DNA of 64,000 bases from Octopus sinensis (GCF_006345805.1 NC_043003.1:84444001-84508000); one strand, 5' to 3'. Positions 25,706-39,059 are shown, counted from the first letter of the stretch. A program made the numbers and translations. The notes: generated by a model not told the origin, from the letters alone.

Positions 25706-25949
25706 CATAGAAGGGGGAGAGAATGTATGGTTGAGAAACTAAGAAGTTCCTTTCTTAACTATGAAGCCTTGGAAACGATTTGGGTTCGATTCTACTACGT
25801 GGCATTTTTACAAGTGTCTTTTATCATAGCCTCGAGGCATCTCAACATTTCTGACACTAAATTAATAGATACGGTTTGGCAGCCCGTAGGTGTATTTCAC
25901 ACACACACACACACGCGCGCGCCAATAATTAGAGATAATTCTTTTTCAG

Positions 25950-26040
25950 GAGAGAAAATGGTTCTAGATGACAGTGAATGGGAGAAGGAAAAGTTTACTC
26001 ATGAAACCCGGCCAACGACCGATTTAGCACATAGGCAAAA
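25950..26040 (+). CDS. candidate 91-nt exon GEKMVLDDSEWEKEKFTHETRPTTDLAHRQ (phase 1 to 2)
   Basis: Acceptor ataattctttttcag and donor AA|gtaggt. Only the phase-1 frame is open, which matches the previous exon. Confidence 0.35.
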
Positions 26041-26329
26041 GTAGGTGTGTGCATGTGAGCGTCGAGCGTGTGTGTATGTTTATCTTTTGATATGTTCCTT
26101 TGTGTGTTTGGTTCTTTGAAAGTAATTAACTGTACGTCTGGCATTTTATGGAAATTGTAAATATGCCAGGTGGAGAATATTTGTGCTGTTGTTGTTGCTT
26201 AATCAAAGTGAGACAAGTTTCAGTAGCCCTAGAATCAGCGACTTTCCAACCGACACCATTCTGTATGATCCTTAGATAATATTATTTAAAACCACATTGT
26301 TCCATGCGTCCTTCCTTTATTGATAAAGT

Positions 26330-26675
26330 AAAAATTAAAGACCTCTGTTCGGCCACGATTGACCATGTGACTGCACCTAGAAAGTTCCTCTCCGAAGTAC
26401 AAGTCTGGGAAAGATTGTTTGTGGAAGACCAGAAGTCGCCCATGCATACCAGCCTCCTCTCTCCACACCACCAATGTTATCCAAGAGAAAGGCAAAGGCC
26501 GATACAGCTTGGCACCAGTGATGTTGCAACTCGTTTCTATAGCTGAGTGAACTGGAGCAACATAAAATAAAGTGTTTTGCTCAAGAACACAAGACACAAC
26601 CCTGTCTGGGAATCAAACTCACAGCCTCATGATTGTAAACCTGATGCTCTAACCACTGAGCCATGCGCCTTCACA
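26330..26675 (-). mobile_element. SINE with a C-type head and a third distinct tail (family G)
   Basis: Reverse complement of GTGAAGGCGCATGGCTCAGTGG…GAGTTTGATTCC…CCAGTTCACTCAGCT, then a tail unrelated to the C and E tails. Confidence 0.75.
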
Positions 26676-27422
26676 TGATATAGCATGCATATACTCGAAG
26701 ATGTTCCGGCCGTTATTCTCCAAGTGTTTTTTTTTTAAATATCATAATCCAATGTATGTTTCCATCAAACTGTAACGTGTGATTTGGGGGAGATCTGACT
26801 TCTATTAGCTTATGACGGACACGTTGAGTGCTCTACGGTAGTTCATTTAATATTTATTTGACAAATAAGCAAGGTCAGATTTGATTACTGACATCATCCA
26901 TGTTATAACCTTAGTTGGATTTGATCCCATGGTACAGAGAATCAGAAGGAAGATTGGCAAAGGATTTTATCCGACGCTCTAAAGACGCGACCAGTTTACC
27001 GTCTCAGCCGTCAATGAAAAGGCCGAGGGGTCACCAACATTATTCTTCGACTACGATCAAGACATAAATTCGTCTTAATCATGCATCATTAAAATGATGT
27101 AATAGCGGTGGAAGAGATGGTGGTCTTAGAAGAACAAGTATAATGCAGCCAGAGATGGGAGTCATGACAATTATATCCAAGGAGAGAGAGAGAGAAAGAG
27201 AGAGAAAATGTTTTTAAATGAAGTATTTTGAGAATGTCGAAACAAACTTGTTATTTCTAAAAATATTCAGCAACAAAAAGCTTATATTTACACAAACAAA
27301 ATACAAATGTATATGTGTGTACGTAACATGTATATAAACATATGTGTGTGTCTGTGTGTATATGTGTCAGTATATGTGAGTGCATATGTAACTATGCGTA
27401 TATGTGTGTGTGTATGTTGTAT

Positions 27423-27661
27423 AAAAAAAATAAATGCGCCCTTTTAAAGCCTAGCCAGGCTCATGGGCCCGGTTTCTATGGCGTATGTATTCCCCAGCTG
27501 GACGGGACGCCAGTCCATCGCAGCGTTACTCATTTTTGCCAGCTGAGTGGATTGGAGCAACGTGAAATGAAGTGTTTTGCCCAAGAACACAACGCGTCGC
27601 CCGGTCCAGGAATCTTACGATCATGATGCTGACACCCTAACCACTAAGCCACGCGCCTCCA
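27423..27661 (-). mobile_element. SINE family C
   Basis: Near-identical to 2153-2408, apart from a few substitutions and 12-bp and 8-bp deletions between short direct repeats. Confidence 0.9.
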
Positions 27662-28216
27662 CGTATGTTGTATAGTTATATGTATATTCTTTTCTACTCT
27701 GGGCGCAAGGCTCGAAATTTTGCAGGAGGGGGCCAGTCAATTAGCTCGACCGCAATGCGTAACTCGTACTTAATTTATCGACCCCGAGAGGATGAACGGC
27801 AAAGTCGACCTCAGCGGAATAGTTATGTGCATATTGTAGATGTATGTGACTATGCATATGCTTGTATATGCATATATTATGCGCAAACATGCATCTGCAT
27901 GTATGTGCTCATGCAAAGACAAGCAAACTCTGTGGTAGGAGGAAACTACAACGTGGTCGTCGTCTGAGCTGCTAGACATAGTAAGCCAAATCTACTTCAA
28001 ATTAAAAGTTCAAATTTCGAAAACTAAATAAATAAAAAGCCGAATACCCTGGGTAATGAAGGAGTAGTTGTTCTTAAAAATACACGATGGTCATGGTTGG
28101 AACACCTTTGATCATAGGTTCAATCAATGAAGATTTACTTGGACTAAACAATAACAACACACACACGTCCACGTTCGCAAGTAGTGGGTGGGGTGCATGT
28201 ATGAATGTGTGTATGT

Positions 28217-28528
28217 GTGAAGGCGCGTGGCTTGGTGGTTATGGTATTTGGCTCACGTTTGTAAGGTTGTGAGTTCGATTCCCGGCGGCGCGTTGTGTCC
28301 TTCAGCAAGGCACTTTATTTCACGTTGATCCAGTTCCCTCAGCTAGATAAAATGAGTAGTACTTTTACTTCATAGGGCCAGCCTTAACACATTCTGTTTC
28401 ACGCTGAATCTCCTTAAGAACTCTGTTAAAGCTACGCATTTCTGTAGAGTACTCAACTGCTTACACGTTAATTTCATGAGCAGATTGTTCCCTTAATCGA
28501 ATTAACTTGTAACCGATGGAATGCCAGA
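28217..28528 (+). mobile_element. SINE family E (an older inverted E tail lies at about 28620-28790)
   Basis: GTGAAGGCGCGTGGCTTGGTGG…GAGTTCGATTCCC head and ACGTTAATTTCATGAGCAG tail. Confidence 0.8.
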
Positions 28529-29952
28529 TTTTGAGTTTGGTGTATGTATTTATGTATTCCTATATATTTACATATTAGTGTGTTTGTAATATACTATATA
28601 CAGACATTACATCTACAATGGATTGTCAGCGGTTTTCGACGACGATCACCCCACATTTTCAGATTAATTGAACTGCCAACCCCATCGTATTTTGGTGTAA
28701 GTGGCCGAGTGTTTCGCAGACACATGTACTCTTAACGTACTTCTCAAATAAAACCCCACGTGACACAGTGGGAGAAGCCAGGATCTTTGAACTCCAAGTA
28801 CAAACTATGCATAAGGCTTCCACGCAGTTTTTATCTAGCCTAATTCCGAAACTATGACAAAAAAAAACGCTTGTCCAAGATAGCACACAATAGGATCGAA
28901 CATATGACTTCCTAATTGCGAAGTGAGTTTCTTAACCACTCAGCCATATCAGCGTCTACGTCCTACATACATACTGTATATATATAGCCACACACCAGAC
29001 GCACTCTTTTCTAAGCATAATTGCACACGGAAACACACACACACATACACACAAACAGAAAGTTCTCTATATACATAACCATTCAATCACCTATTCACAC
29101 ACACACACACACCACACACTCATCTACCAACAAATCTTCCTCTCCACTTCTCTCTCCCACCCGTCTCTCTCTTCCACCCTTCCTCTCCTTCCCTCTCTTT
29201 CTTCCTTTCTCTGTTTCTGCTACAATTGTTAATGGTGCAAGCCTGTTAAGAAAAAAATAGCTAGTTCAAGGACATATTTAAACACATACACACACACACA
29301 CACACAGACAACAGGACTCAAAATTCAAACAAATACACAACAAAGCCAGGATATTTTGGTGTATGTACTTGCAAGTGCACACTGCAATTGCACACAGTTG
29401 CAACAAGTAATAATTATAGGACGGGATGATGATATTGTGCCAAAATAAACTGTCACACAGCTACTTAACATTAAGTACCCGTCTACCCCGTTTCACTCTG
29501 TATAACGTATAAATATTCACCCCTAAATTAACTACTTGTGGTCTTCTCCTTCAGTAGTAAAACCTCCTTCCATGTAGTCCAAGTGCTCCATGCATAAACT
29601 TGTTACTTTGACCCAACATGTTCAACCTGAACTAGCCAAAATCTTAAGAAGTCTACGCATACATTTGATGAGCTAGAAATAGCAAACAAATCTTCCTCAA
29701 ATTACATAATAATGTTTTTAAAAGGAGAACGGCACACAGCGTTGAGGTAATCCTTACATCTTTATATTTGTTACAATCAGTGCACTGCAGTCCTGCTAGG
29801 ACACCGCATTGAATGGTTTGATCAAATAAATTAACCTTGGGACTTTTACATTGTTCTATCGTACTCTTTTCGCTAGATTAATAAGGTGGACGTAAACCAA
29901 CTGACACCAGTTGTCAGTTGACGGGGCATAAGAATACGTACACGCATACACA

Positions 29953-30040
<88 letters not shown>

Positions 30041-30102
30041 GTAGGTCCCGGGTTGAGTCGGGGTTAACCACAGTAAATAAGGTACTCGATACATAGCAGA
30101 GT

Positions 30103-30143
<41 letters not shown>

Positions 30144-30154
30144 ACACACACACA

Positions 30155-30306
30155 GAAGCGTAGGAGTGGGTGTGTGGTAAGTAACTTGCTTACGAACTAC
30201 ATGGTTCCGGGTTCAGTGTCTTCTACTATAGCCTCGGGCCGACCAAAGCCTTGTGAGTGGATTTGGTAGACGGAAACTGAAAGAAGCGCGTCGTATATAT
30301 GTATAC

Positions 30307-30374
<68 letters not shown>

Positions 30375-30600
30375 ATATATGTTTGTGTGTCTGTGTTTGT
30401 CCCCACAACATCGCTTGACAACCTATGCTGGTGTGTTTACGTCCCTGTAACTTAGCGGTTCGGCAAAACAGACCGATAGAATAAGTACTAGGCTAACAAA
30501 GAATAAGTCTTGGGGTCGATGTGCTCAACTAAAGGCGGTACTCCAGCGTGGCCACAGTCAAATGACTGAAACAAGTAAAAGAGTAAAAGAGTAAAAGAGA
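30155..30600 (+). mobile_element. SINE family A, full length and well preserved
   Basis: Complete head, internal (TA)n, and (GAGTAAAA)n tail. Confidence 0.92.
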
Positions 30601-30620
30601 GTACATCTGCACACTTATGA

Positions 30621-30926
30621 GTGAAGGCATGTGGCTTAGCGGTTAGGGTACTCGTCTCACGATCATGAGTACGATTCCCAGCAGCAAAACAATTTATTTC
30701 ACGTTGTTCGAGTTCACTCAGCTGGCAAAAATGAGTTGTGCCTGTATTTCAAAAGCGGGCCTGCCTTATCACATTCTGCCTCCTGTGTCACACTGAGTCT
30801 CCCTCAGAACTATCTTGAAGGTAGGCGTGTCTGTGGAGTGCTCATCTACTTAGACGTTAATCTCACGAGCAGGATGTTCCGTTGATCGGATGAACCGGAA
30901 CCCTCGAAACTGATAGGAGTGCCAGT
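30621..30926 (+). mobile_element. SINE family E
   Basis: GTGAAGGCATGTGGCTTAGCGG head, CACTCAGCTGGCAAAAATGAGT core and E tail. Confidence 0.8.
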
Positions 30927-31016
30927 TTTATAGGCACACGCACATATCTAATTTGCGCATGCACGCGCGCGCATCTCTCCCCTTATAATTCTCACTATGT
31001 ACATAGCCAGTCTTGA

Positions 31017-31050
<34 letters not shown>

Positions 31051-31866
31051 GTGTGTGTGTGGGGGGGGCAGGTTTCTGCAAATTTTCCTTCTATCAAAAT
31101 CCAATGATATGAATTTTGGCACCAGGCCAGCAATTTCGGGGAAGGAGTTAAGTCGATTACAGCGAGACCCTCAGTGCTCAACTTGTACTTATTCTATCGA
31201 CCCCGAAAGAATGAAGTGCAAAGGCGACCTCGGCGGAATTCTGCCAGCTCGTCGCCTTAAATTTAATAAATATTAAATTACGTAAATAATTAAATGAAAT
31301 GCAGGTAACTGTACAAATACCTGTACAAGTACCCGTACATTAGTATAAATGATACAGTACTATGCAAGGTACTGTGAAACAGGGCCGCCAAGTAAATTAG
31401 TCCGACGGCCACAAGAATTTGAAGTTTCCAGATCATCAGTGACCGCAAAGTCGGTGTTATACTTGCATAATACCAAAATACACAATACATCGCATTCAGT
31501 GGATTTGAACGAACGACGCACTTAACTCGTCTAGCCCAATATTTACTCAACTATTTCCCTCTTTTCTCCCCAATATTATGTATGTGTGAGCGCCTATATA
31601 CTAATCTACTTCCTTAATCTATTCCCACTTCCCTCTCTTCCTGTGAGTGCTCGTGTGTGTGTGTGTGTGTGTGTGTGTATGTAACTTTCTGATCTTTATT
31701 GCATAACCTCCTCTTCCTTCCACTCTCTCAGCACATCATTTCCACATCATCTTCTCCAGTACATAGTTTTGCGGTAACTGAACTAGCATAATACAAATAC
31801 ATGTAACCATTCCTGGTCGGTGTCTTAAGAATAACAACACATGCATATCAGGTGAGAAGACGTGTT

Positions 31867-31909
<43 letters not shown>

Positions 31910-32119
31910 AAGAAAGAGAGAGAGAGATATCCTCATAGGCAGAAATCTATACGAGCGGAAAAAGAAAGTAGACCCAATGTTACCTGGATGCAGACTACAT
32001 CTAACTTGCGGGCTTATTTATGTTTTGTTTGTCTGTAGGCTTGTTTAATTTTGTTTATTTTGACACGTGTGCCATGATTCATGCTTATACAATTTTGGAC
32101 ATATTTTTTTTTTAAATGT

Positions 32120-32540
32120 ATTTAAACATCATTATCATCACCATCGCCACAACCACCTTCGTCTTATTACAACTGCCACTAGCTTAATATCTACCTTCAC
32201 CATCATTACCACCATCCTCACCACCGTACTATCATCACTATCATCAACACTTCTATCACCAGTACAATTGACTTCACCACCACCACCACCTCTACTACTA
32301 CTAACATTAATACTTAATACCAATACCATTACTACCATTATTAATACTACGCTACCACTCTACCACCACCACTACTGCTAACACTACCGCCACGTCCACC
32401 ACCACTTCTACTACTACTCCTACCACCACCATCTTTTTTTACTAACACTTAATATCACCTCGACTACTTAAAGCACTAGCACCCACCACCACCACCATTA
32501 ACACCTCTCCTGCTGCTGCCGCCACCACCACTGCAGTCAC
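32120..32540. repeat. degenerate (CAC/CTA/CAT)n trinucleotide low-complexity tract
   Basis: Directly visible. Similar tracts occur at 12230-12350, 36317-36435 and 48085-48400. Confidence 0.9.
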
Positions 32541-32724
32541 TGTGTCTATTAAATCAACACCATAATAAACTTTATAGTTGTCCATAATTTTAATATTTTA
32601 AATATTTTCTATGCTGTCCTTGCTAATAATAATGTCCTTGCTAATGACATCCTTAACAAAAGGGGACAGACTTTGCTTGTGATTCTCAGTCTCCCCGACT
32701 TCAAGGTGCACAGGAGACTAAATA

Positions 32725-33163
32725 CTAATTTCAAATTTTGGTACAAGGCCAGCAATTTCAGTGGAAGGAGTGAGTCGATTACATCGAACCCCAGTGTTCT
32801 ACTGGTATTTGTTTTATCGAACCCGAAAGGATGAAAGACAAAATCGACCTCGGCGGAATTTGAACTCAGAACTTAATGGCGAACAACATGCCGCTAAGCA
32901 TTGTGCCCAGTGCCGTAACCACTCTGCCAGCTCGCCGCCTTTGAAAGACTAAATATCGATTTCAAATCCAGCAAATTTGGGGAAGGGGACAAGTCGATTA
33001 CATCAAATTCAGTAATCAACTGGTACTCATTTTACAGACCCCGAAAGGACAAAATACAAAATCAACCTCGGTGGAATTTGAACCCAAAACATAACTATGG
33101 ATGAAATTTCATTACGCATTTTGCCAGGCATGTTTACGATTCTGCTAGCACGCCGCCTTTAGA
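32725..33163 (-). mobile_element. two tandem family B SINEs
   Basis: Two complete cores, with AGACTAAATA or AGGCTAAATA at 32715, 32946 and 33164. Confidence 0.85.
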
Positions 33164-33412
33164 AGGCTAAATATTAAAAAGAAACTTACTGAAGAACTTT
33201 GGAAAGTTAAAAACAAATCTAAAAACAGTTAAAAGTTTTTAGAAAACAGTCAATGGTTGTGTAGTTAAGAAGCTCACTTTGCAACAACATTGATTCAGGT
33301 TCAGTCCCACAGCGTGTAACTATAGCTCTAGGACAACCAATGCCTTGAGAGTGAGTCTAGTAGATGGAAGTTGTGGGTAAGTCCATCATGTGTGTGAGTC
33401 TGTGCGTGTATC

Positions 33413-33439
<27 letters not shown>

Positions 33440-33448
<9 letters not shown>

Positions 33449-33596
33449 TATGTATGTATGTATGTATGTATGTATGTATGTATGTATGTATGTATGTATG
33501 TATGTATGTATGTATGTATGTATGTATGTATGTATGTATGTATGTATGTATGTATGTATGTATGTATGTATGTATGTATGTATGTATGTATGTATG
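33440..33596 (+). repeat. (TATG)n array preceded by (TGCG)n
   Basis: Directly visible. Confidence 0.97.
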
Positions 33597-33599
33597 TCT

Positions 33600-34260
33600 C
33601 TCTCTTCTATATTTTGATTATAATAAATCTTCCTCTGAAGAGGAGCTGGTTTCCAACAAAGATAGAAAGCTCCATCTTTGGGGTGTAGTTAACACAAACA
33701 AATTCACGTTTGGCATTTGAGAAAAGTCTTCCATATTTTTACTGTTCCACTCACAGATTCGACTTTTACGAATCAGCCGGTCAATTTCTCTTTTTAAAAA
33801 TCCCAGTTTCTCCAGAATCTCCTTTAAGCATTTACTTACAAAACCTAGTGCTCCAGTTATTATTGGTATGAATATGGATTCATAGTCTGGATACAGAAGA
33901 TGGAGGTTTCGAAGCAGTTGTCCATAGATATCCTCTTTTTCTTTTATTTTCAAAGAGACATTTATATCTGCAGGGCAGCTAACCTTCATGATGGTACATA
34001 CCTTTGCCCCTGTCCCAAACAAGAGTATCCAGCCTGTTATGCTTACATTTGACAGAAGTTTTGATGGGAATATTCCACCAGTATTCCTTGAGTTGGTGTT
34101 TATGAATGTATTCCATAACAGGGATTTTCTAAGTTTATTTCAGGACAGTCTTTATTGCGGGTGGGATCATAAATTGTTTTGGCAACAAAATCGTGCCGCA
34201 TAGGGAGGCAGTACCCTGACGGTATTTTAGGACAGCTGCTAATCGCATGCGTAATGTCTC
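33600..34260 (-). mobile_element. 3' fragment of a non-LTR retrotransposon with a restriction-like endonuclease (R2/R4/HERO-type architecture), frameshifted
   Basis: Pieces across frames: DITHAISSCPK (HxxxxC knuckle), RHDFVAK, EYWWNIPIKTSVKCKHNRLDTLVWD, VSCPADINVSLKIKEKEDIYGQL, IPIITGALG and SVSGTVKIWKTFLK, followed by a 3' UTR. Confidence 0.88.
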
Positions 34261-34261
34261 A

Positions 34262-34435
34262 TTTTTTTTATACGACGGGCTTTTTCAGTTTCAGTCTACG
34301 AAATTCACCCACAAAGTTTTGGTCGGTTCGGGGCTATGGTAGAAAATACTTACGCAAGGTGTCGTGTGTTAGGTCTGAACTCAAGACCATATGGCTGAGA
34401 AGCAAGCTTCTTTAATAACACAACCACACCTGCAC
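34262..34435 (-). mobile_element. SINE family A, 5' half, abutting the retrotransposon fragment
   Basis: ACGACGGGCTTTTTCAGTTTCAGTCTAC…AAGCTTCTTTAA…CCACACCTGCACCT. Confidence 0.8.
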
Positions 34436-35269
34436 CTCTAAAGTCTTGAATTATATTTTTAAACATCCGCAGCATATCGTTTGGAACTAATGTTTTAATC
34501 CTTTACATCTCAAAGCAAAAAAATATGAGTAGCTAATTGTTTATTTTCAACATTGCCTGTGGGTTGTGGAATAGTCAGTAATAGGACTATTGCTGGGCGA
34601 GTCGGTAGCAGTAAAGCAGGAGAATTTAAGTCTTTACAGTGTGTATTTTCAGTTGTTTATCTACTGAGTCCAAACACTCTCTGGTTGCTGGAATATTCTA
34701 TCTCCATTTTTGGCCTCGAATCTAAGGGCTGGTAGACACAATCGGCCGCCCGATTCAAGACCACCACCAGTACCTTGGATGACTTCAGCACAGTCCACTT
34801 TGTTGCAAATACTTGGGTCAGAACTCTGGTTACTGGATACCTTTCTCCAGCATTCCTATGAATCTCAGAAGCTTTGTAAAGGGTTTTCGGCTACGCTTTC
34901 CCTCCTGACTCAAAGATGTGTGTATGTAAAAAGGTTTCTTGCGATTGGAGCTTATCCGCATTTTGGAGGCGTTCAATGCGACTGAGAGTACGAGGCTACT
35001 TACTCTCTGAATGTGACGCGAGTCGGTCACAAAGTCAGCTTCTAGCTAAGTGAACTGAAAACGAAGTGAACGTGAAACGAAGCTCAAAAACACAAAGTTC
35101 CGTTCTGTTCAAGAATCGAACCCACACCCTAACGCTCATGAGCTCAACCTTTCTGAACACTAGGCCCTGCCTCAAAACCTCAAACTTCACCCTTCCTCAA
35201 AGCACATCTTTAAGGAAAGCTAATTCTGCCACCCCACCTCCTTTTAACTGCCAATATTCTCTCTTCTAC

Positions 35270-35487
35270 AAGGCGGCGAGCTGGCAGAAACGTTAGCACG
35301 CCGGGCGAAATGCTTAACGATATTTTGTCTGTCTTTATGTTCTAAGTCCAAATTCCGCCGAGGTCGACTTTGTCTTTCAGCCTTTCGGGGTCGATAAATT
35401 AAGTACCAGTTACGCACTGGGGTCGATCTAATCGACTGGCCCCCTCCCCCAAAATTTCGGGCCTTGCGCCTAAAGTAGAAAAGAATA
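35270..35487 (+). mobile_element. SINE family B, well preserved
   Basis: AAGGCGGCGAGCTGGCAGAAACGTTAGCACGCCGGGCGAAATGC…GGGGTCGATAAATTAAGTACCAG…GTAGAAAAGAAT. Confidence 0.92.
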
Positions 35488-35959
35488 CTCTCTCTTCTTC
35501 TCCTTCTTCACTTATCTCTTTGTCTGCCTTTCTCTCTTCTTACTCTTCTCCTATAATAATCCTCACACTATGCTTATTGCTCTTCCTCCTCTTTTTCATC
35601 CCCACCTTTCCTTTATACCTGTTTACTTTACTTCCACTGTCTCTAATATTTTCTTTCATGTAACTTAAGCATCCACAAGTAAAAAGTCTCTAATCTTTTC
35701 ATCAAATTTGTTTTACTTTTTTTTCACCAGGAACCGTTTCTAATAAATCTCAGATTTATTAGAAACACAGATTCTAGCAAATCATCGAAGAAAATGGAAA
35801 TGAAAAGAACTAAAAGAAAAAAAAAATTCTCCTTCCATCACGTGATCACTTACTCTCAGACATTATTATTCTGACTATACTTTACTCAACCACCATCACC
35901 ACTCCCAACACTATCATCAACAACAGCAGCATCAGCAAACCAGGGAGCATTTTCGCAGT

Positions 35960-36200
35960 GTTTGACTTGCTAGAAATCGCAGCCAAATCTCCCTCAGATT
36001 ACACACTTATGTATAGAAAGCATATATAGGGTAATGCAAGCCCTTTTCAAAAGAAGGGATGGTTACATTTGGAATGCCTTTGACTATAAGCTGCCATATC
36101 GCCTCCACCTAACAACCTGATGAAAGATGCATTGGATAATGTTATCCTAGTTGCACTCTGAAATAAAATAACAATTTAGATAGGATGTCATGGCTGGAAT
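35960..36200 (+). repeat. unclassified dispersed repeat D
   Basis: GCTAGAAAT.GCAGCCAAATCTCCCTCA. Related pieces lie near 11820, 18860, 29670, 42230 and 46020. Confidence 0.65.
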
Positions 36201-36368
36201 GCCTTGAAACAGAGCAAAATCTGGAACCGGATTAAATTGGTGAGGATTTACATGGGTGACAATAAATCAAAGGAAAATATCGTGGAAAACCGAATACCTT
36301 CAATTACTGTATATAGTAGTAGTGGTGGTGGTGGTGGTGGTGGTTATGGTGGTGGTGGTAGTAGTTGC

Positions 36369-36401
<33 letters not shown>

Positions 36402-38550
36402 GGTGGTGGTGGTGGTGGTGGTGGTGGGGTGGTAGCAACAATAGGAAAAGTTTAACTTTTCAGACTTTTGTTCTTCATCAGACTGCAGAAACGATATACT
36501 GAGCTGTTCGTTTCACCTAACTCTCCTTTGATTATAGGTCAGCTAAGTTATAGCAAAGCTAGAGATAGGCAATACATCTAATCATTGTCCATCCTGCTGT
36601 ATCTTGAGTAGTAGATGTGATCAATCACCCGATTTAATATACTATCTGGTAAGAGGGTATCTTTAGCGGAGCCCACTCATTGACATTTTCCCCCTCACAT
36701 TATGTCACAGAGCCTCTGAAAAGTATCACAAGTATTGCGTTTCTTTCTCGGATCAGGCCACTAAAAATCCCATAAGATGAAATATAGAAATAAATAAACT
36801 AAATAAATATGTAAATAAATAAATTACTGAAATATTTAAAGTAATATTAAACCAGGCTTAGCTATCTTATACTTAACCATACTTAACTGAACTAAACCAG
36901 ATTAATTAAACATTCCTCATCCACCTTCTGCTCTTTTCAGTACCTGAATAATTAACTAGTGATACGAGTGTACACAACTGGAGTACATATATACCGTTTC
37001 TCACATTTATTTTTTGGTTGCTTCTCTCTCTTATTCTTTGTTTTGTTCTTGTTTTCTTTTCGTTTTGGTTCTTTCTCTCTCTTACTATCACACCCACTAT
37101 GTCTGTCTGTCTGTCTCTTTCTATCACTCGTGCAGATACGAATACATACATAGATACATGCATACATACACACACACCACACACACACACTTACGTATAC
37201 ACATACATAATTTCACATAATTCTATTAAAAGTCCCGGAAAATATGAACAAGTAAGAAACTCGTCAGTTTCGAATAAAGTGATAGTCTTCATTTTGTATG
37301 TATGCAGTGTGTGTGTGTGTGCGCGCGTTTGTATAACACACCTGTACCCATATACGCATATATGTATACATATATATGTGTGTACATATATGTATGTATA
37401 TATGCATATATATTTTTTTTTATGTTATTATATGATTAAACGCCACGCATCCATTTCCAAGTAAGATTATCTTAATAATTTTAATGCGACTCTACCCTGA
37501 TCTGTTCTCTCACTTCCTTTCTCTAATTCTTTTTTCTCCCCTTTACCATTTTCTATATGTCTTTCTCTCTTCCTCCTTTACTCTCTGTCTCTCGTTGCTC
37601 ACACACGGTCATCGACCATCTTTCTTTTTCTCACGTGATCATCTTTCTTTTCCTTCAATCTATCGCACAGACCAGACGCATTCTTATCAGTCTTCTCTCT
37701 TATCTTTTCTCTTGTCAACGAATATTCCTCCACCGTTCGCTATATATATGTGTATGTGTGTGTGTGTACATATATGTATGTATATACGCATATATATTTT
37801 TTATTTGTTATACATATACATATACACAAACACACAAATATATATACTTATAAGCACACATGTATGGATGTATGCATGCATACATGCATGCACGTATGTA
37901 TATTAGATTAACGCCATTTGAGCCGTTTTCAGAATTTCCACGTCGTTTCTTCAGACGAAGATCTTATGTCCAAATCAAAGACAATATCGTAATGAAATTG
38001 AAGACAGAGTGTCAGAACAACCATCCCGTTGGTTAGATCAGGCCAATCAGAGACAACATTTAAATTAACTAGTTCAACAATTAGCTATCTTCGATTTTAT
38101 TGGTACGCATTTCTAACACAACTTAATTAGTTTATTTGTGCAGCCCTTGGTCTATTTGTCGATATTTGAAAGCCTAATTTACGCAGCTAGCAATGTGCAT
38201 GGCTGGATTAACCATAGGTCTCGCCGTTTTGACGCGTTAGCACAATGTTTTGTTTGGGGCTACTTTTCGCTATATGATGATCGTAATGTATGCAAAATCT
38301 AAGTACCAACTAATGATGTCAGCTACATATTCTATATTTTAATCAACATGTACTGGGTTATATTTCTCACATTAGTTGTTATCTACGTGTGTCTGTGTGT
38401 GCATGCGTGCAAATATAGGACCAGAATAGATATAAAAGATTTTATTTATTCGTTGGACGCAAAAGAATACGTTTCGTTGCTGCTCATAGCTTTTAGCTAG
38501 TTGGGCCACCCAGGTCTTCAGATGATATTCTGCAGGATAGTTTCCAGTTA

Positions 38551-38703
<153 letters not shown>

Positions 38704-39059
38704 AACCATCTCTTAATGTACACTATTGACATGAATATACTTTGCTTTTGAGCTCTAACAAGATTGCAGCATGCCTGTCATATTCACTATTTAGATTTAA
38801 AGACAAGGTTTACTCCTGACCGCATTCGTCTTTACTTTCCAAAATTTCAAATTCCCCGATATTTTTAGAGTTATCTTGTTTTTGTTGCGCTTCATTTTAG
38901 ATATTTAACCCTCCCTAGGGAGAGATTTTGATTTTTAATAGCAAAGATAATCCCGATTAATCGAATTTTCCCAACTTACTAGTTTCCATATGTGAAACTT
39001 TAAGCATGCAGAACGTCTCCTTGAGTTGTATTCCCCCAGTACAACACATATGTATACAT

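Noticed and set aside
28582-28694. Apparent exon with a GGT|gtaagt donor
   Set aside because: Most of it is a decayed family E SINE tail in reverse orientation.
34690-34980. Faint resemblance to ADP/ATP carrier motifs (IER, CVYxPLD, QRxFGL)
   Set aside because: The spacing is wrong and the PxDxxK signature is incomplete.
37940-37975. CTGAAGA…GGAAA on the minus strand as a hammerhead
   Set aside because: No workable stem I, II or III.
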